Below are positions 1 through 12,900 of a stretch of 64,000 bases of DNA, one piece after another. Origin of the DNA: Lingula anatina (taxonomy: Eukaryota > Animalia > Brachiopoda); contig CM120647.1 in assembly GCA_051362555.1 (NCBI GenBank), positions 1,302,001 to 1,366,000 of the forward strand, in the 5' to 3' direction. Under the pieces are notes generated by a model, which ran no database searches, was not told the DNA's origin, and worked only from the letters and a program-made list of their open reading frames with translations. The first letter of the stretch is position 1. Every line of letters begins with the position of its first letter. A program made the translations under genes and the position numbers.

Positions 1-572
1 GGTTAACAAGTGGTATGACGTGCTGTTATACGGCCGGCCGGAAAAGCTACAGAATTAAAACAAGTTGGATCGTATTCATTGATAGGCCTGCTCTGTACGT
101 TCCTAGTGATATGACTTCGGATGCTTTTATTTTCATTTGGTTTTGCATTGAGATAACGTTTGGTTTCACCTTTGACGTTTTAGAGCACGCTGACGTCCAC
201 AGCCGTTCACACCTCGGCGGCTTTAGTATTGAGTAGTCTTTACTCTTTCCAATGTCGACTTCGTACTTGCCCCGGGTACCGTATGAACATATGAACAGTC
301 TTGAGAACCCAGGGCCCAATACTGGAAAGGAGGGGCATAATAAGACAAAATGTGTGCCTGATAAAAGGAGTAGAGGTGACGCGACTTTTGTAAAAAATCA
401 AAAGTTTTCTCTCTGCTAATCCCACCAAAAAGAGAGCAGATTTTGATGAAATGCAAGCCATACGGAGTTACTTATATCTGTGACACCAATATAAAGACTT
501 TTAACTGAAGAGAAAGGAAATAAAATTGTCGACGCAGATGTAAACTTTCTAAAGTATACCGTATTATTATGC

Positions 573-777
573 AAAAGGTAATTTGCTAGGTCCCACGAGC
601 GCCCTCACTCGTTCTCTTCTAGTGACATCCCGATTCAGGGGCCAGGTCGTTGTCGTGATGGACTGACGTGCCTCATCCGGGACTCGAACCCATGACTTTG
701 CGTTACCAAGGTTGATGACGCTTTGGATGTCTCATATGCATCCATGCACGCTACCGACTGCTCCGTGACTGACCCGC
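573..777 (-). ncRNA. Putative Pol III RNA ('RNA-1', ~200 nt) with a tRNA-like 5' domain and 5'/3' panhandle; first of ~20 copies
   Basis: Minus strand has A-box-like CGGAGCAGTCGG (765-754) followed by TAG(C/A)GTG, hairpin TGGATG/CATCCA, hairpin GCGTCA(T/C)CAA/TTGGTAACGC, and T-arm/B box GGTTCGA(G/A)TCC (690-680). A ~100-nt 3' extension follows, with the first TTTT at 576-573. The 5' end GCGGGTC(AG)TCACG(G)AGC can pair with GCTCGTGGGACCT(A)GC (600-585). Confidence 0.55.
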
Positions 778-803
778 CCACCCTCCGTACGTGCGAGTTT
801 CCT

Positions 804-809
804 CTTATA
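804..809 (-). promoter_or_regulatory. TATA box (TATAAG) ~30 nt upstream of the RNA-1 start; TATAA retained in the units inspected
   Basis: Plus-strand cttata at 804-809; the predicted RNA-1 start at 775-777 gives -29 to -34 spacing, typical of TATA-assisted Pol III genes. Confidence 0.45.
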
Positions 810-845
810 CTAATCAATCGCAATTTTTAAAAAAATAATTCTGGC

Positions 846-850
846 AAAAA
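846..850 (-). terminator. Pol III oligo-T terminator of RNA-2 (T5, backed by T6-8 at ~829-835)
   Basis: Plus-strand aaaaa lies ~12 nt downstream (on minus) of the RNA-2 panhandle and separates RNA-2 from the RNA-1 promoter. Confidence 0.45.
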
Positions 851-942
851 CATTAACATCGTAGCTGCTGTGACTCGAACCGGCGTCCCAGTGTCTGCTG
901 GCTGGCAAGACAGCAGAGTTACCACGCAGCCACGACAGCTCC
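846..942 (-). ncRNA. Putative Pol III small RNA ('RNA-2', ~95 nt, vault-RNA-like architecture); first of ~20 copies, one per unit
   Basis: Minus strand reads GGAGCTGTCG-TGGCTGCGTGG(A box, 932-922)-TAACTCTGCTGTCTTGCCAGCCAGCAGACACTGGGACGCC-GGTTCGAGTC(B box, 881-872)-ACAGCAGCTACGATGTTAATG-TTTTT. Panhandle AGCTG/CAGCT plus GTGGCT/AGTCAC; central 7-bp hairpin TCTGCTG/CAGCAGA; no internal T4. Last copy at ~27273-27369. Confidence 0.55.
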
Positions 943-3900
943 GTTGACACGATGTCATCGGATGGAAACTTTCAACCTCGTCACGGAAAGCGCCAGATTG
1001 GGTGTACGTGTGTAGACCTGCTGTCGCAATCGATAATCCGGGTGCCGCATTTCAGCCCACGCAACCCCAGTCCTCGACATGAACGGTTAAGTTCGTGATG
1101 TACACGAAGTCGTGTTTGACAACCCGACTCGGAGCTCGGAGTTTGTTCTACACTAAGATTGATTTTGGCTTTACCCATGTTATTAAAGAGTACAGGGGGA
1201 TCAGAGGCGGTGCACAACAGGCGGGTGGGTTTTACTTTTAGCGAGACCATAAGAGGAGAGAATAAAGAAAAATGACAAAACATTCAAGTGTTTAATTACT
1301 GGTGCGATTGCAGTCTTGGGAATTTTGAGTTAAACATATTTGGCAAATAATTCCGCCTAGGAGATATCGTTTTTCTACCGCACACGGTTAACAAGTGGTA
1401 TGACGTGCTGTTATACGGCCGGCCGGAAAAGCTACAGAATTAAAACAAGTTGGATCGTATTCATTGATAGGCCTGCTCTGTACGTTCCTAGTGATATGAC
1501 TTCGGATGCTTTTATTTTCATTTGGTTTTGCATTGAGATAACGTTTGGTTTCACCTTTGACGTTTTAGAGCACGCTGACGTCCACAGCCGTTCACACCTC
1601 GGCGGCTTTAGTATTGAGTAGTCTTTACTCTTTCCAATGTCGACTTCGTACTTGCCCCGGGTACCGTATGAACATATGAACAGTCTTGAGAACCCAGGGC
1701 CCAATACTGGAAAGGAGGGGCATAATAAGACAAAATGTGTGCCTGATAAAAGGAGTAGAGGTGACGCGACTTTTGTAAAAAATCAAAAGTTTTCTCTCTG
1801 CTAATCCCACCAAAAAGAGAGCAGATTTTGATGAAATGCAAGCCATACGGAGTTACTTATATCTGTGACACCAATATAAAGACTTTTAACTGAAGAGAAA
1901 GGAAATAAAATTGTCGACGCAGATGTAAACTTTCTAAAGTATACCGTATTATTATGCAAAAGGTAATTTGCTAGGTCCCACGAGCGCCCTCACTCGTTCT
2001 CTTCTAGTGACATCCCGATTCAGGGGCCAGGTCGTTGTCGTGATGGACTGACGTGCCTCATCCGGGACTCGAACCCATGACTTTGCGTTACCAAGGTTGA
2101 TGACGCTTTGGATGTCTCATATGCATCCATGCACGCTACCGACTGCTCCGTGACTGACCCGCCCACCCTCCGTACGTGCGAGTTTCCTCTTATACTAATC
2201 AATCGCAATTTTTAAAAAAATAATTCTGGCAAAAACATTAACATCGTAGCTGCTGTGACTCGAACCGGCGTCCCAGTGTCTGCTGGCTGGCAAGACAGCA
2301 GAGTTACCACGCAGCCACGACAGCTCCGTTGACACGATGTCATCGGATGGAAACTTTCAACCTCGTCACGGAAAGCGCCAGATTGGGTGTACGTGTGTAG
2401 ACCTGCTGTCGCAATCGATAATCCGGGTGCCGCATTTCAGCCCACGCAACCCCAGTCCTCGACATGAACGGTTAAGTTCGTGATGTACACGAAGTCGTGT
2501 TTGACAACCCGACTCGGAGCTCGGAGTTTGTTCTACACTAAGATTGATTTTGGCTTTACCCATGTTATTAAAGAGTACAGGGGGATCAGAGGCGGTGCAC
2601 AACAGGCGGGTGGGTTTTACTTTTAGCGAGACCATAAGAGGAGAGAATAAAGAAAAATGACAAAACATTCAAGTGTTTAATTACTGGTGCGATTGCAGCC
2701 ATGGGAATTTTGAGTAAAACATGTTTGGCAAATAATTCCGCCGAGGAGATATCGTTTTTGTACCGAACACGCTGAACAGGTGGTATGACGTGCTGTTATA
2801 CGGCCGGCCGGAAAAGCTACAGAATTAAAACAAGTTGGATCGTATTCATTGATAGGCCTGCTCTGTACGTTCCTAGTGGGATGACTTCGGATGCTTTTAT
2901 TTTCATTTGGTTTTGCATTGAGATAACGTTTGGTTTCACCTTTGACGTTTTAGAGCACGCTGACGTCCACAGCCGTTCACACCTCGGCGGCTTTAGTATT
3001 GAGTAGTCTTTACTCTTTCCAATGTCGACTTCGTACTTGCCCCGGGTACCGTATGAACATATGAACAGTCTTGAGAACCCAGGGCCCAATACTGGAAAGG
3101 AGGGGCATAATAAGACAAAATGTGTGCCTGATAAAAGGAGTAGAGGTGACGCGACTTTTGTAAAAAATCAAAAGTTTTCTCTCTGCTAATCCCACCAAAA
3201 AGAGAGCAGATTTTGATGAAATGCAAGCCATACGGAGTTACTTATATCTGTGACACCAATATAAAGACTTTTAACTGAAGAGAAAGGAAATAAAATTGTC
3301 GACGCAGATGTAAACTTTCTAAAGTATACCGTATTATTATGCAAAAGGTAATTTGCTAGGTCCCACGAGCGCCCTCACTCGTTCTCTTCTAGTGACATCC
3401 CGATTCAGGGGCCAGGTCGTTGTCGTGATGGACTGACGTGCCTCATCCGGGACTCGAACCCATGACTTTGCGTTACCAAGGTTGATGACGCTTTGGATGT
3501 CTCATATGCATCCATGCACGCTACCGACTGCTCCGTGACTGACCCGCCCACCCTCCGTACGTGCGAGTTTCCTCTTATACTAATCAATCGCAATTTTTAA
3601 AAAAATAATTCTGGCAAAAACATTAACATCGTAGCTGCTGTGACTCGAACCGGCGTCCCAGTGTCTGCTGGCTGGCAAGACAGCAGAGTTACCACGCAGC
3701 CACGACAGCTCCGTTGACACGATGTCATCGGATGGAAACTTTCAACCTCGTCACGGAAAGCGCCAGATTGGGTGTACGTGTGTAGACCTGCTGTCGCAAT
3801 CGATAATCCGGGTGCCGCATTTCAGCCCACGCAACCCCAGTCCTCGACATGAACGGTTAAGTTCGTGATGTACACGAAGTCGTGTTTGACAACCCGACTC

Positions 3901-6900
3901 GGAGCTCGGAGTTTGTTCTACACTAAGATTGATTTTGGCTTTACCCATGTTATTAAAGAGTACAGGGGGATCAGAGGCGGTGCACAACAGGCGGGTGGGT
4001 TTTACTTTTAGCGAGACCATAAGAGGAGAGAATAAAGAAAAATGACAAAACATTCAAGTGTTTAATTACTGGTGCGATTGCAGCCATGGGAATTTTGAGT
4101 AAAACATGTTTGGCAAATAATTCCGCCGAGGAGATATCGTTTTTGTACCGAACACGCTGAACAGGTGGTATGACGTGCTGTTATACGGCCGGCCGGAAAA
4201 GCTACAGAATTAAAACAAGTTGGATCGTATTCATTGATAGGCCTGCTCTGTACGTTCCTAGTGGGATGACTTCGGATGCTTTTATTTTCATTTGGTTTTG
4301 CATTGAGATAACGTTTGGTTTCACCTTTGACGTTTTAGAGCACGCTGACGTCCACAGCCGTTCACACCTCGGCGGCTTTAGTATTGAGTAGTCTTTACTC
4401 TTTCCAATGTCGACTTCGTACTTGCCCCGGGTACCGTATGAACATATGAACAGTCTTGAGAACCCAGGGCCCAATACTGGAAAGGAGGGGCATAATAAGA
4501 CAAAATGTGTGCCTGATAAAAGGAGTAGAGGTGACGCGACTTTTGTAAAAAATCAAAAGTTTTCTCTCTGCTAATCCCACCAAAAAGAGAGCAGATTTTG
4601 ATGAAATGCAAGCCATACGGAGTTACTTATATCTGTGACACCAATATAAAGACTTTTAACTGAAGAGAAAGGAAATAAAATTGTCGACGCAGATGTAAAC
4701 TTTCTAAAGTATACCGTATTATTATGCAAAAGGTAATTTGCTAGGTCCCACGAGCGCCCTCACTCGTTCTCTTCTAGTGACATCCCGATTCAGGGGCCAG
4801 GTCGTTGTCGTGATGGACTGACGTGCCTCATCCGGGACTCGAACCCATGACTTTGCGTTACCAAGGTTGATGACGCTTTGGATGTCTCATATGCATCCAT
4901 GCACGCTACCGACTGCTCCGTGACTGACCCGCCCACCCTCCGTACGTGCGAGTTTCCTCTTATACTAATCAATCGCAATTTTTAAAAAAATAATTCTGGC
5001 AAAAACATTAACATCGTAGCTGCTGTGACTCGAACCGGCGTCCCAGTGTCTGCTGGCTGGCAAGACAGCAGAGTTACCACGCAGCCACGACAGCTCCGTT
5101 GACACGATGTCATCGGATGGAAACTTTCAACCTCGTCACGGAAAGCGCCAGATTGGGTGTACGTGTGTAGACCTGCTGTCGCAATCGATAATCCGGGTGC
5201 CGCATTTCAGCCCACGCAACCCCAGTCCTCGACATGAACGGTTAAGTTCGTGATGTACACGAAGTCGTGTTTGACAACCCGACTCGGAGCTCGGAGTTTG
5301 TTCTACACTAAGATTGATTTTGGCTTTACCCATGTTATTAAAGAGTACAGGGGGATCAGAGGCGGTGCACAACAGGCGGGTGGGTTTTACTTTTAGCGAG
5401 ACCATAAGAGGAGAGAATAAAGAAAAATGACAAAACATTCAAGTGTTTAATTACTGGTGCGATTGCAGCCATGGGAATTTTGAGTAAAACATGTTTGGCA
5501 AATAATTCCGCCGAGGAGATATCGTTTTTGTACCGAACACGCTGAACAGGTGGTATGACGTGCTGTTATACGGCCGGCCGGAAAAGCTACAGAATTAAAA
5601 CAAGTTGGATCGTATTCATTGATAGGCCTGCTCTGTACGTTCCTAGTGGGATGACTTCGGATGCTTTTATTTTCATTTGGTTTTGCATTGAGATAACGTT
5701 TGGTTTCACCTTTGACGTTTTAGAGCACGCTGACGTCCACAGCCGTTCACTCCTCAGCGGCTTTAGTATTGAGTAGTCTTTACTCTTTCCAATGTCGACT
5801 GCGGACTTGCCCCTGGAACCGTATGAACATATGTACAGTCTTGAGAACCCAGGGCCCAAGACTGGAAAGGAGGGGCATAATAAGACAAAACGTGTGCCTG
5901 ATAAAAGGAGTAGAGATGACGCGACTTTTGTAAAAAATCAAAAGTTTTCTCTCTGCTAATCCCACCAAAAAGATAGCATATTTTGATGAAATGCAAGCCA
6001 TACGGAGTTAGTTATATCTGTGACACCAATATAAATAATTTTAACTGAAGAGAAAGGAAATAAAATTATCGATGGAGATGTAAATTTTCTAAAGAATACC
6101 GTATTATTATGCAAAAGGTAATTTGCTAGGTCCCACGAGCGCCGTCATTCGTTCTCGTCTAGTGACATCCCGATTCAGGGGCCAGGTCGTTGTCGTGATG
6201 GACTGACGTGCCTCATCCGGGATTCGAACCCGTGACTTTGCGTTACCAAGGTTGGTGACGCTTTGGATGTCTCATTTGCATCCATGCACTCTACCGACTG
6301 CTCCGTGACTGACCCGCCCACCCTCCGTACGTGCCAGTTTCCTCTTATAGTAATCAATCCGCAATTTTTAAAAAATTAATTCTGGCAAAAACATTAACAT
6401 CGTAGCTGCTGTGACTCGAACCGGCGTCCCAGTGTCTGCTGGCTGACAAGACAGCAGAGTTACCACGCAGCCACGACAGCTCCGTTGACACGATGTCATC
6501 GGATGGAAACTTTCAACCTCGTCAAGGAGAGCGCCAGATTGGGTGTACATGTGTAGACCTGCTGTCGCAATCGATAATCCTGGTGCCGCATTTCAGCCCA
6601 CGCAACCCCAGTCCTCGACATGAACGGTTAAGTTCGTGATGTACACGAAGTCGTGTTTGACAACCCGAGTCGGAGCTCGGAGTTTGTTCTACACCAAGAT
6701 TGATTTTGGCTTTACCCATGTTATTAAAGAGTACAGGGGGATCAGAGGCGGTGCACAACAGGCGGGTTTTACTTTTAGCGGGACCATAAGATGAGAGAAT
6801 AAAAAAAAAAATACAAAACATTCAAGTGTTTAATTACTGGTGCGATTGCAGTCTTGGGAATTTTGAGTTAAACATATTTGGCAAATAATTCCGCCTAGGA

Positions 6901-9900
6901 GATATCGTTTTTCTACCGCACACGGTTAACAAGTGGTATGACGTGCTGTTATACGGCCGGCCGGAAAAGCTACAGAATTAAAACAAGTTGGATCGTATTC
7001 ATTGATAGGCCTGCTCTGTACGTTCCTAGTGATATGACTTCGGATGCTTTTATTTTCATTTGGTTTTGCATTGAGATAACGTTTGGTTTCACCTTTGACG
7101 TTTTAGAGCACGCTGACGTCCACAGCCGTTCACACCTCAGCGGCTTTAGTATTGAGTAGTCTTTACTCTTTCCAATGTCGACTTCGTACTTGCCCCGGGT
7201 ACCGTATGAACATATGAACAGTCTTGAGAACCCAGGGCCCAATACTGGAAAGGAGGGGCATAATAAGACAAAATGTGTGCCTGATAAAAGGAGTAGAGGT
7301 GACGCGACTTTTGTAAAAAATCAAAAGTTTTCTCTCTGCTAATCCCACCAAAAAGAGAGCAGATTTTGATGAAATGCAAGCCATACGGAGTTACTTATAT
7401 CTGTGACACCAATATAAAGACTTTTAACTGAAGAGAAAGGAAATAAAATTGTCGACGCAGATGTAAACTTTCTAAAGTATACCGTATTATTATGCAAAAG
7501 GTAATTTGCTAGGTCCCACGAGCGCCCTCACTCGTTCTCTTCTAGTGACATCCCGATTCAGGGGCCAGGTCGTTGTCGTGATGGACTGACGTGCCTCATC
7601 CGGGACTCGAACCCATGACTTTGCGTTACCAAGGTTGATGACGCTTTGGATGTCTCATATGCATCCATGCACGCTACCGACTGCTCCGTGACTGACCCGC
7701 CCACCCTCCGTACGTGCGAGTTTCCTCTTATACTAATCAATCGCAATTTTTAAAAAAATAATTCTGGCAAAAACATTAACATCGTAGCTGCTGTGACTCG
7801 AACCGGCGTCCCAGTGTCTGCTGGCTGGCAAGACAGCAGAGTTACCACGCAGCCACGACAGCTCCGTTGACACGATGTCATCGGATGGAAACTTTCAACC
7901 TCGTCACGGAAAGCGCCAGATTGGGTGTACGTGTGTAGACCTGCTGTCGCAATCGATAATCCGGGTGCCGCATTTCAGCCCACGCAACCCCAGTCCTCGA
8001 CATGAACGGTTAAGTTCGTGATGTACACGAAGTCGTGTTTGACAACCCGACTCGGAGCTCGGAGTTTGTTCTACACTAAGATTGATTTTGGCTTTACCCA
8101 TGTTATTAAAGAGTACAGGGGGATCAGAGGCGGTGCACAACAGGCGGGTGGGTTTTACTTTTAGCGAGACCATAAGAGGAGAGAATAAAGAAAAATGACA
8201 AAACATTCAAGTGTTTAATTACTGGTGCGATTGCAGTCTTGGGAATTTTGAGTTAAACATATTTGGCAAATAATTCCGCCTAGGAGATATCGTTTTTCTA
8301 CCGCACACGGTTAACAAGTGGTATGACGTGCTGTTATACGGCCGGCCGGAAAAGCTACAGAATTAAAACAAGTTGGATCGTATTCATTGATAGGCCTGCT
8401 CTGTACGTTCCTAGTGATATGACTTCGGATGCTTTTATTTTCATTTGGTTTTGCATTGAGATAACGTTTGGTTTCACCTTTGACGTTTTAGAGCACGCTG
8501 ACGTCCACAGCCGTTCACACCTCGGCGGCTTTAGTATTGAGTAGTCTTTACTCTTTCCAATGTCGACTTCGTACTTGCCCCGGGTACCGTATGAACATAT
8601 GAACAGTCTTGAGAACCCAGGGCCCAATACTGGAAAGGAGGGGCATAATAAGACAAAATGTGTGCCTGATAAAAGGAGTAGAGGTGACGCGACTTTTGTA
8701 AAAAATCAAAAGTTTTCTCTCTGCTAATCCCACCAAAAAGAGAGCAGATTTTGATGAAATGCAAGCCATACGGAGTTACTTATATCTGTGACACCAATAT
8801 AAAGACTTTTAACTGAAGAGAAAGGAAATAAAATTGTCGACGCAGATGTAAACTTTCTAAAGTATACCGTATTATTATGCAAAAGGTAATTTGCTAGGTC
8901 CCACGAGCGCCCTCACTCGTTCTCTTCTAGTGACATCCCGATTCAGGGGCCAGGTCGTTGTCGTGATGGACTGACGTGCCTCATCCGGGACTCGAACCCA
9001 TGACTTTGCGTTACCAAGGTTGATGACGCTTTGGATGTCTCATATGCATCCATGCACGCTACCGACTGCTCCGTGACTGACCCGCCCACCCTCCGTACGT
9101 GCGAGTTTCCTCTTATACTAATCAATCGCAATTTTTAAAAAAATAATTCTGGCAAAAACATTAACATCGTAGCTGCTGTGACTCGAACCGGCGTCCCAGT
9201 GTCTGCTGGCTGGCAAGACAGCAGAGTTACCACGCAGCCACGACAGCTCCGTTGACACGATGTCATCGGATGGAAACTTTCAACCTCGTCACGGAAAGCG
9301 CCAGATTGGGTGTACGTGTGTAGACCTGCTGTCGCAATCGATAATCCGGGTGCCGCATTTCAGCCCACGCAACCCCAGTCCTCGACATGAACGGTTAAGT
9401 TCGTGATGTACACGAAGTCGTGTTTGACAACCCGACTCGGAGCTCGGAGTTTGTTCTACACTAAGATTGATTTTGGCTTTACCCATGTTATTAAAGAGTA
9501 CAGGGGGATCAGAGGCGGTGCACAACAGGCGGGTGGGTTTTACTTTTAGCGAGACCATAAGAGGAGAGAATAAAGAAAAATGACAAAACATTCAAGTGTT
9601 TAATTACTGGTGCGATTGCAGCCATGGGAATTTTGAGTAAAACATGTTTGGCAAATAATTCCGCCGAGGAGATATCGTTTTTGTACCGAACACGCTGAAC
9701 AGGTGGTATGACGTGCTGTTATACGGCCGGCCGGAAAAGCTACAGAATTAAAACAAGTTGGATCGTATTCATTGATAGGCCTGCTCTGTACGTTCCTAGT
9801 GGGATGACTTCGGATGCTTTTATTTTCATTTGGTTTTGCATTGAGATAACGTTTGGTTTCACCTTTGACGTTTTAGAGCACGCTGACGTCCACAGCCGTT

Positions 9901-12900
9901 CACTCCTCAGCGGCTTTAGTATTGAGTAGTCTTTACTCTTTCCAATGTCGACTGCGGACTTGCCCCTGGTACCGTATGAACATATGTACAGTCTTGAGAA
10001 CCCAGGGCCCAAGACTGGAAAGGAGGGGCATAATAAGACAAAACGTGTGCCTGATAAAAGGAGTAGAGATGACGCGACTTTTGTAAAAAATCAAAAGTTT
10101 TCTCTCTGCTAATCCCACCAAAAAGATAGCATATTTTGATGAAATGCAAGCCATACGGAGTTAGTTATATCTGTGACACCAATATAAAGAATTTTAACTG
10201 AAGAGAAAGGAAATAAAATTATCGATGGAGATGTAAATTTTCTAAAGAATACCGTATTATTATGCAAAAGGTAATTTGCTAGGTCCCACGAGCGCCGTCA
10301 TTCGTTCTCGTCTAGTGACATCCCGATTCAGGGGCCAGGTCGTTGTCGTGATGGACTGACGTGCCTCATCCGGGATTCGAACCCGTGACTTTGCGTTACC
10401 AAGGTTGGTGACGCTTTGGATGTCTCATTTGCATTCATGCACTCTACCGACTGCTCCGTGACTGACCTGCCCACCCTCCGTACGTGCCAGTTTCCTCTTA
10501 TAGTAATCAATCCGCAATTTTTAAAAAATTAATTCTGGCAAAAACATTAACATCGTAGCTGCTGTGACTCGAACCGGCGTCCCAGTGTCTGCTGGCTGAC
10601 AAGACAGCAGAGTAACCACGCAGCCACGACAGCTCCGTTGACACGATGTCATCGGATGGAAACTTTCAACCTCGTCACAGAAAGCGCCAGATTGGGTCTA
10701 CGTGTGTATACCTGCTGTCGCAATCGATAATCCGGGTGTCGCATTTCAGCCCACGCAACCCCAGTCCTCGACATGAACGGTTAAGTTCGTGATTTACACG
10801 AAGTCGTGTTTGACATCCCGACTCGGAGCTCGGAGTTTGTTCTCCACTAAGATTGATTTTGGCTTTACCCATGTTATTAAATAGTACAGGGGGATCAGAG
10901 GCGGTGCACAACAGGCGGGTTTTACTTTTAGCGAGACCATAAGAGGAGAGAATAAAAAAAAAATACAAAACATTCAAGTGTTTAATTACTGGTGCGATTG
11001 CAGCCATGGGAATTTTGAGTAAAACATATTTGGCAAATAATTCCGCCGAGGAGATATCGTTTTTCTACCGAACACGGTGAAGAGGTTGTAAGACGTGCTG
11101 TTATACGGCCGGCCGGAAAAGCTACAGAATTAAAACAAGTTGGATCGTATTCATTGATAGGTCGGCTCTGTACGTTCCTAGTGAGATGACTTCGGATGCT
11201 TTTATTTTCATTTGGTTTTGCATTGAGATAACGTTTGGTTTCACCTTTGACGTTTTAGAGCACGCTGACGTCCACAGCCGTTCACACCTCGGCGGCTTTA
11301 GTATTGAGTAGTCTTTACTCTTTCCAATGTCGACTGCGGATTTGCCCCTGGTACCGTATGAACATATGAACAGTCTTGAGAACCCAGGGCCCAAGACTGG
11401 AAAGGAGGGGCATAATAAGACAAAACTGTGTGTTTTGTGTGCCTGATAAAAGGAGTAGAGGTGACGCGACTTTTGTAAAAAATCAAAAGTTTTCTCTATG
11501 CTAATCCCACCAAAAAGACAGCAGATTTTGATGAAATGCAAGCCATACGGAGTTAGTTATATCTGTGACACCAATATAAGGACTTTTAACTGAAGAGAAA
11601 GGAAATAAAATTGTCGACGCAGATGTAAACTTTCTAAAGTATACCGTATTATTATGCAAAAGGTAATTTGTTAGGTCCCACGAGCGCCCTCATTCGTTCT
11701 CGTCTAGTGACATCCCGATTCAGGGGCCAGGTAGTTGTCGTGATGGACTGACGTGCCTCATCCGGGATTCGAACCCGTGACTTTTCGTTACCAAGGTTGG
11801 CTTTGGATGTCTCATTTGCATCCATGCACTCTACCGACTGCTCCGTGACTGACCCGCCCGCCCTCCGTACGTGCCAGTTTCCTCTTATAGTAATCAATCG
11901 CAATTTTTAAAAAATTAATTCTGGCAAAAATATTGTAGCTGCTGTGACTCGAACCAGCGTCTCAGTGTCTGCTGGCCTGCAAGACAGCAGAGTTACCACG
12001 CAGCCACGACAGCTCCGTTGACACGATGTCATCGGATGGAAACTTTCAACCTCGTCACGGAAAGCGCCAGTTTGGGTGTACATGTGTAGACCTGCTGTCG
12101 CAATCGATAATCCGGGTGCCGCATTTCAGCCCACGCAACCCCAGTCCCCGACATGAACGGTTAAGTTCGTGATTTACACGAAGTCGTGTTTGACAACCCG
12201 AGTCGGAGCTCGGAGTTTGTTCTCCACCAAGATTGATTTTGGCTTTACCCATGTTATTAAAGAGTACAGGGGGATCAGAGGCGGTGCACAACAGGCGGGT
12301 TTTACTTTTAGCGAGACCATAAGAGGAGAGAATAAAAAAAAAAAAAAAAACATTCAAGTGTTTAATTACTGGTGCGATTGCAGCCATGGGAATTTTGAGT
12401 AAAACATATTTGGCAAATAATTCCGCCGAGGAGATATCGTTTTTGTACCGAACACGGTGAACAGGTGGTATGACGTGCTGTTATACGGCCGGCCGGAAAA
12501 GCTACAGAATTAAAACAAGTTGGATCGTATTCATTGATAGGCCTGCTCTGTACGTTCCTAGTGATATGACTTCGGATGCTTTTATTTTCATTTGGTTTTG
12601 CATTGAGATAACGTTTGGTTTCACCTTTGACGTTTTAGAGCACGCTGACGTCCACAGCCGTTCACACCTCGGCGGCTTTAGTATTGAGTAGTCTTTACTC
12701 TTTCCAATGTCGACTTCGTACTTGCCCCGGGTACCGTATGAACATATGAACAGTCTTGAGAACCCAGGGCCCAAGACTGGAAAGGAGGGGCATAATAAGA
12801 CAAAACGTGTGCCTGATAAAAGGAGTAGAGGTGACGCGACTTTTGTAAAAAATCAAAAGTTTTCTCTCTGCTAATCCCACCAAAAAGACAGCATATTTTG

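Noticed and set aside
25-52. 5S rRNA-like ends (TACGGCC; CTGTAGCTTTT on minus)
   Set aside because: No 5S body or internal control region is present.
290-340. Twister-ribozyme-like string CCAG-GGCCCAAGA-CTGG-AAAGGAGGGG
   Set aside because: P2 and the UAA cleavage-site strand cannot be built, and a simple cagtcttg/caagactg hairpin explains the region. A cmsearch with twister-P1 would settle it.
500-535. Hammerhead core CTGAAGA...GAAA...GTC, as in ribozyme-bearing satellites
   Set aside because: Stems I, II and III do not pair.
669-773. Canonical tRNA (Thr/Lys/Ser-like) or intron-containing tRNA in each unit
   Set aside because: No 7-bp acceptor stem, D stem unpaired and no 7-nt anticodon loop; kept only as a tRNA-like domain of RNA-1.
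1290-1340. Resemblance to nematode SL1 RNA (GTTTAATTAC...TTTGAG.TAAACAT) and an Sm-like AATTTTGAG
   Set aside because: Two short AT-rich matches separated by ~20 extra nt, no AG|GT donor in the SL arrangement, and the Sm-like site is not placed downstream of a donor; probably chance.
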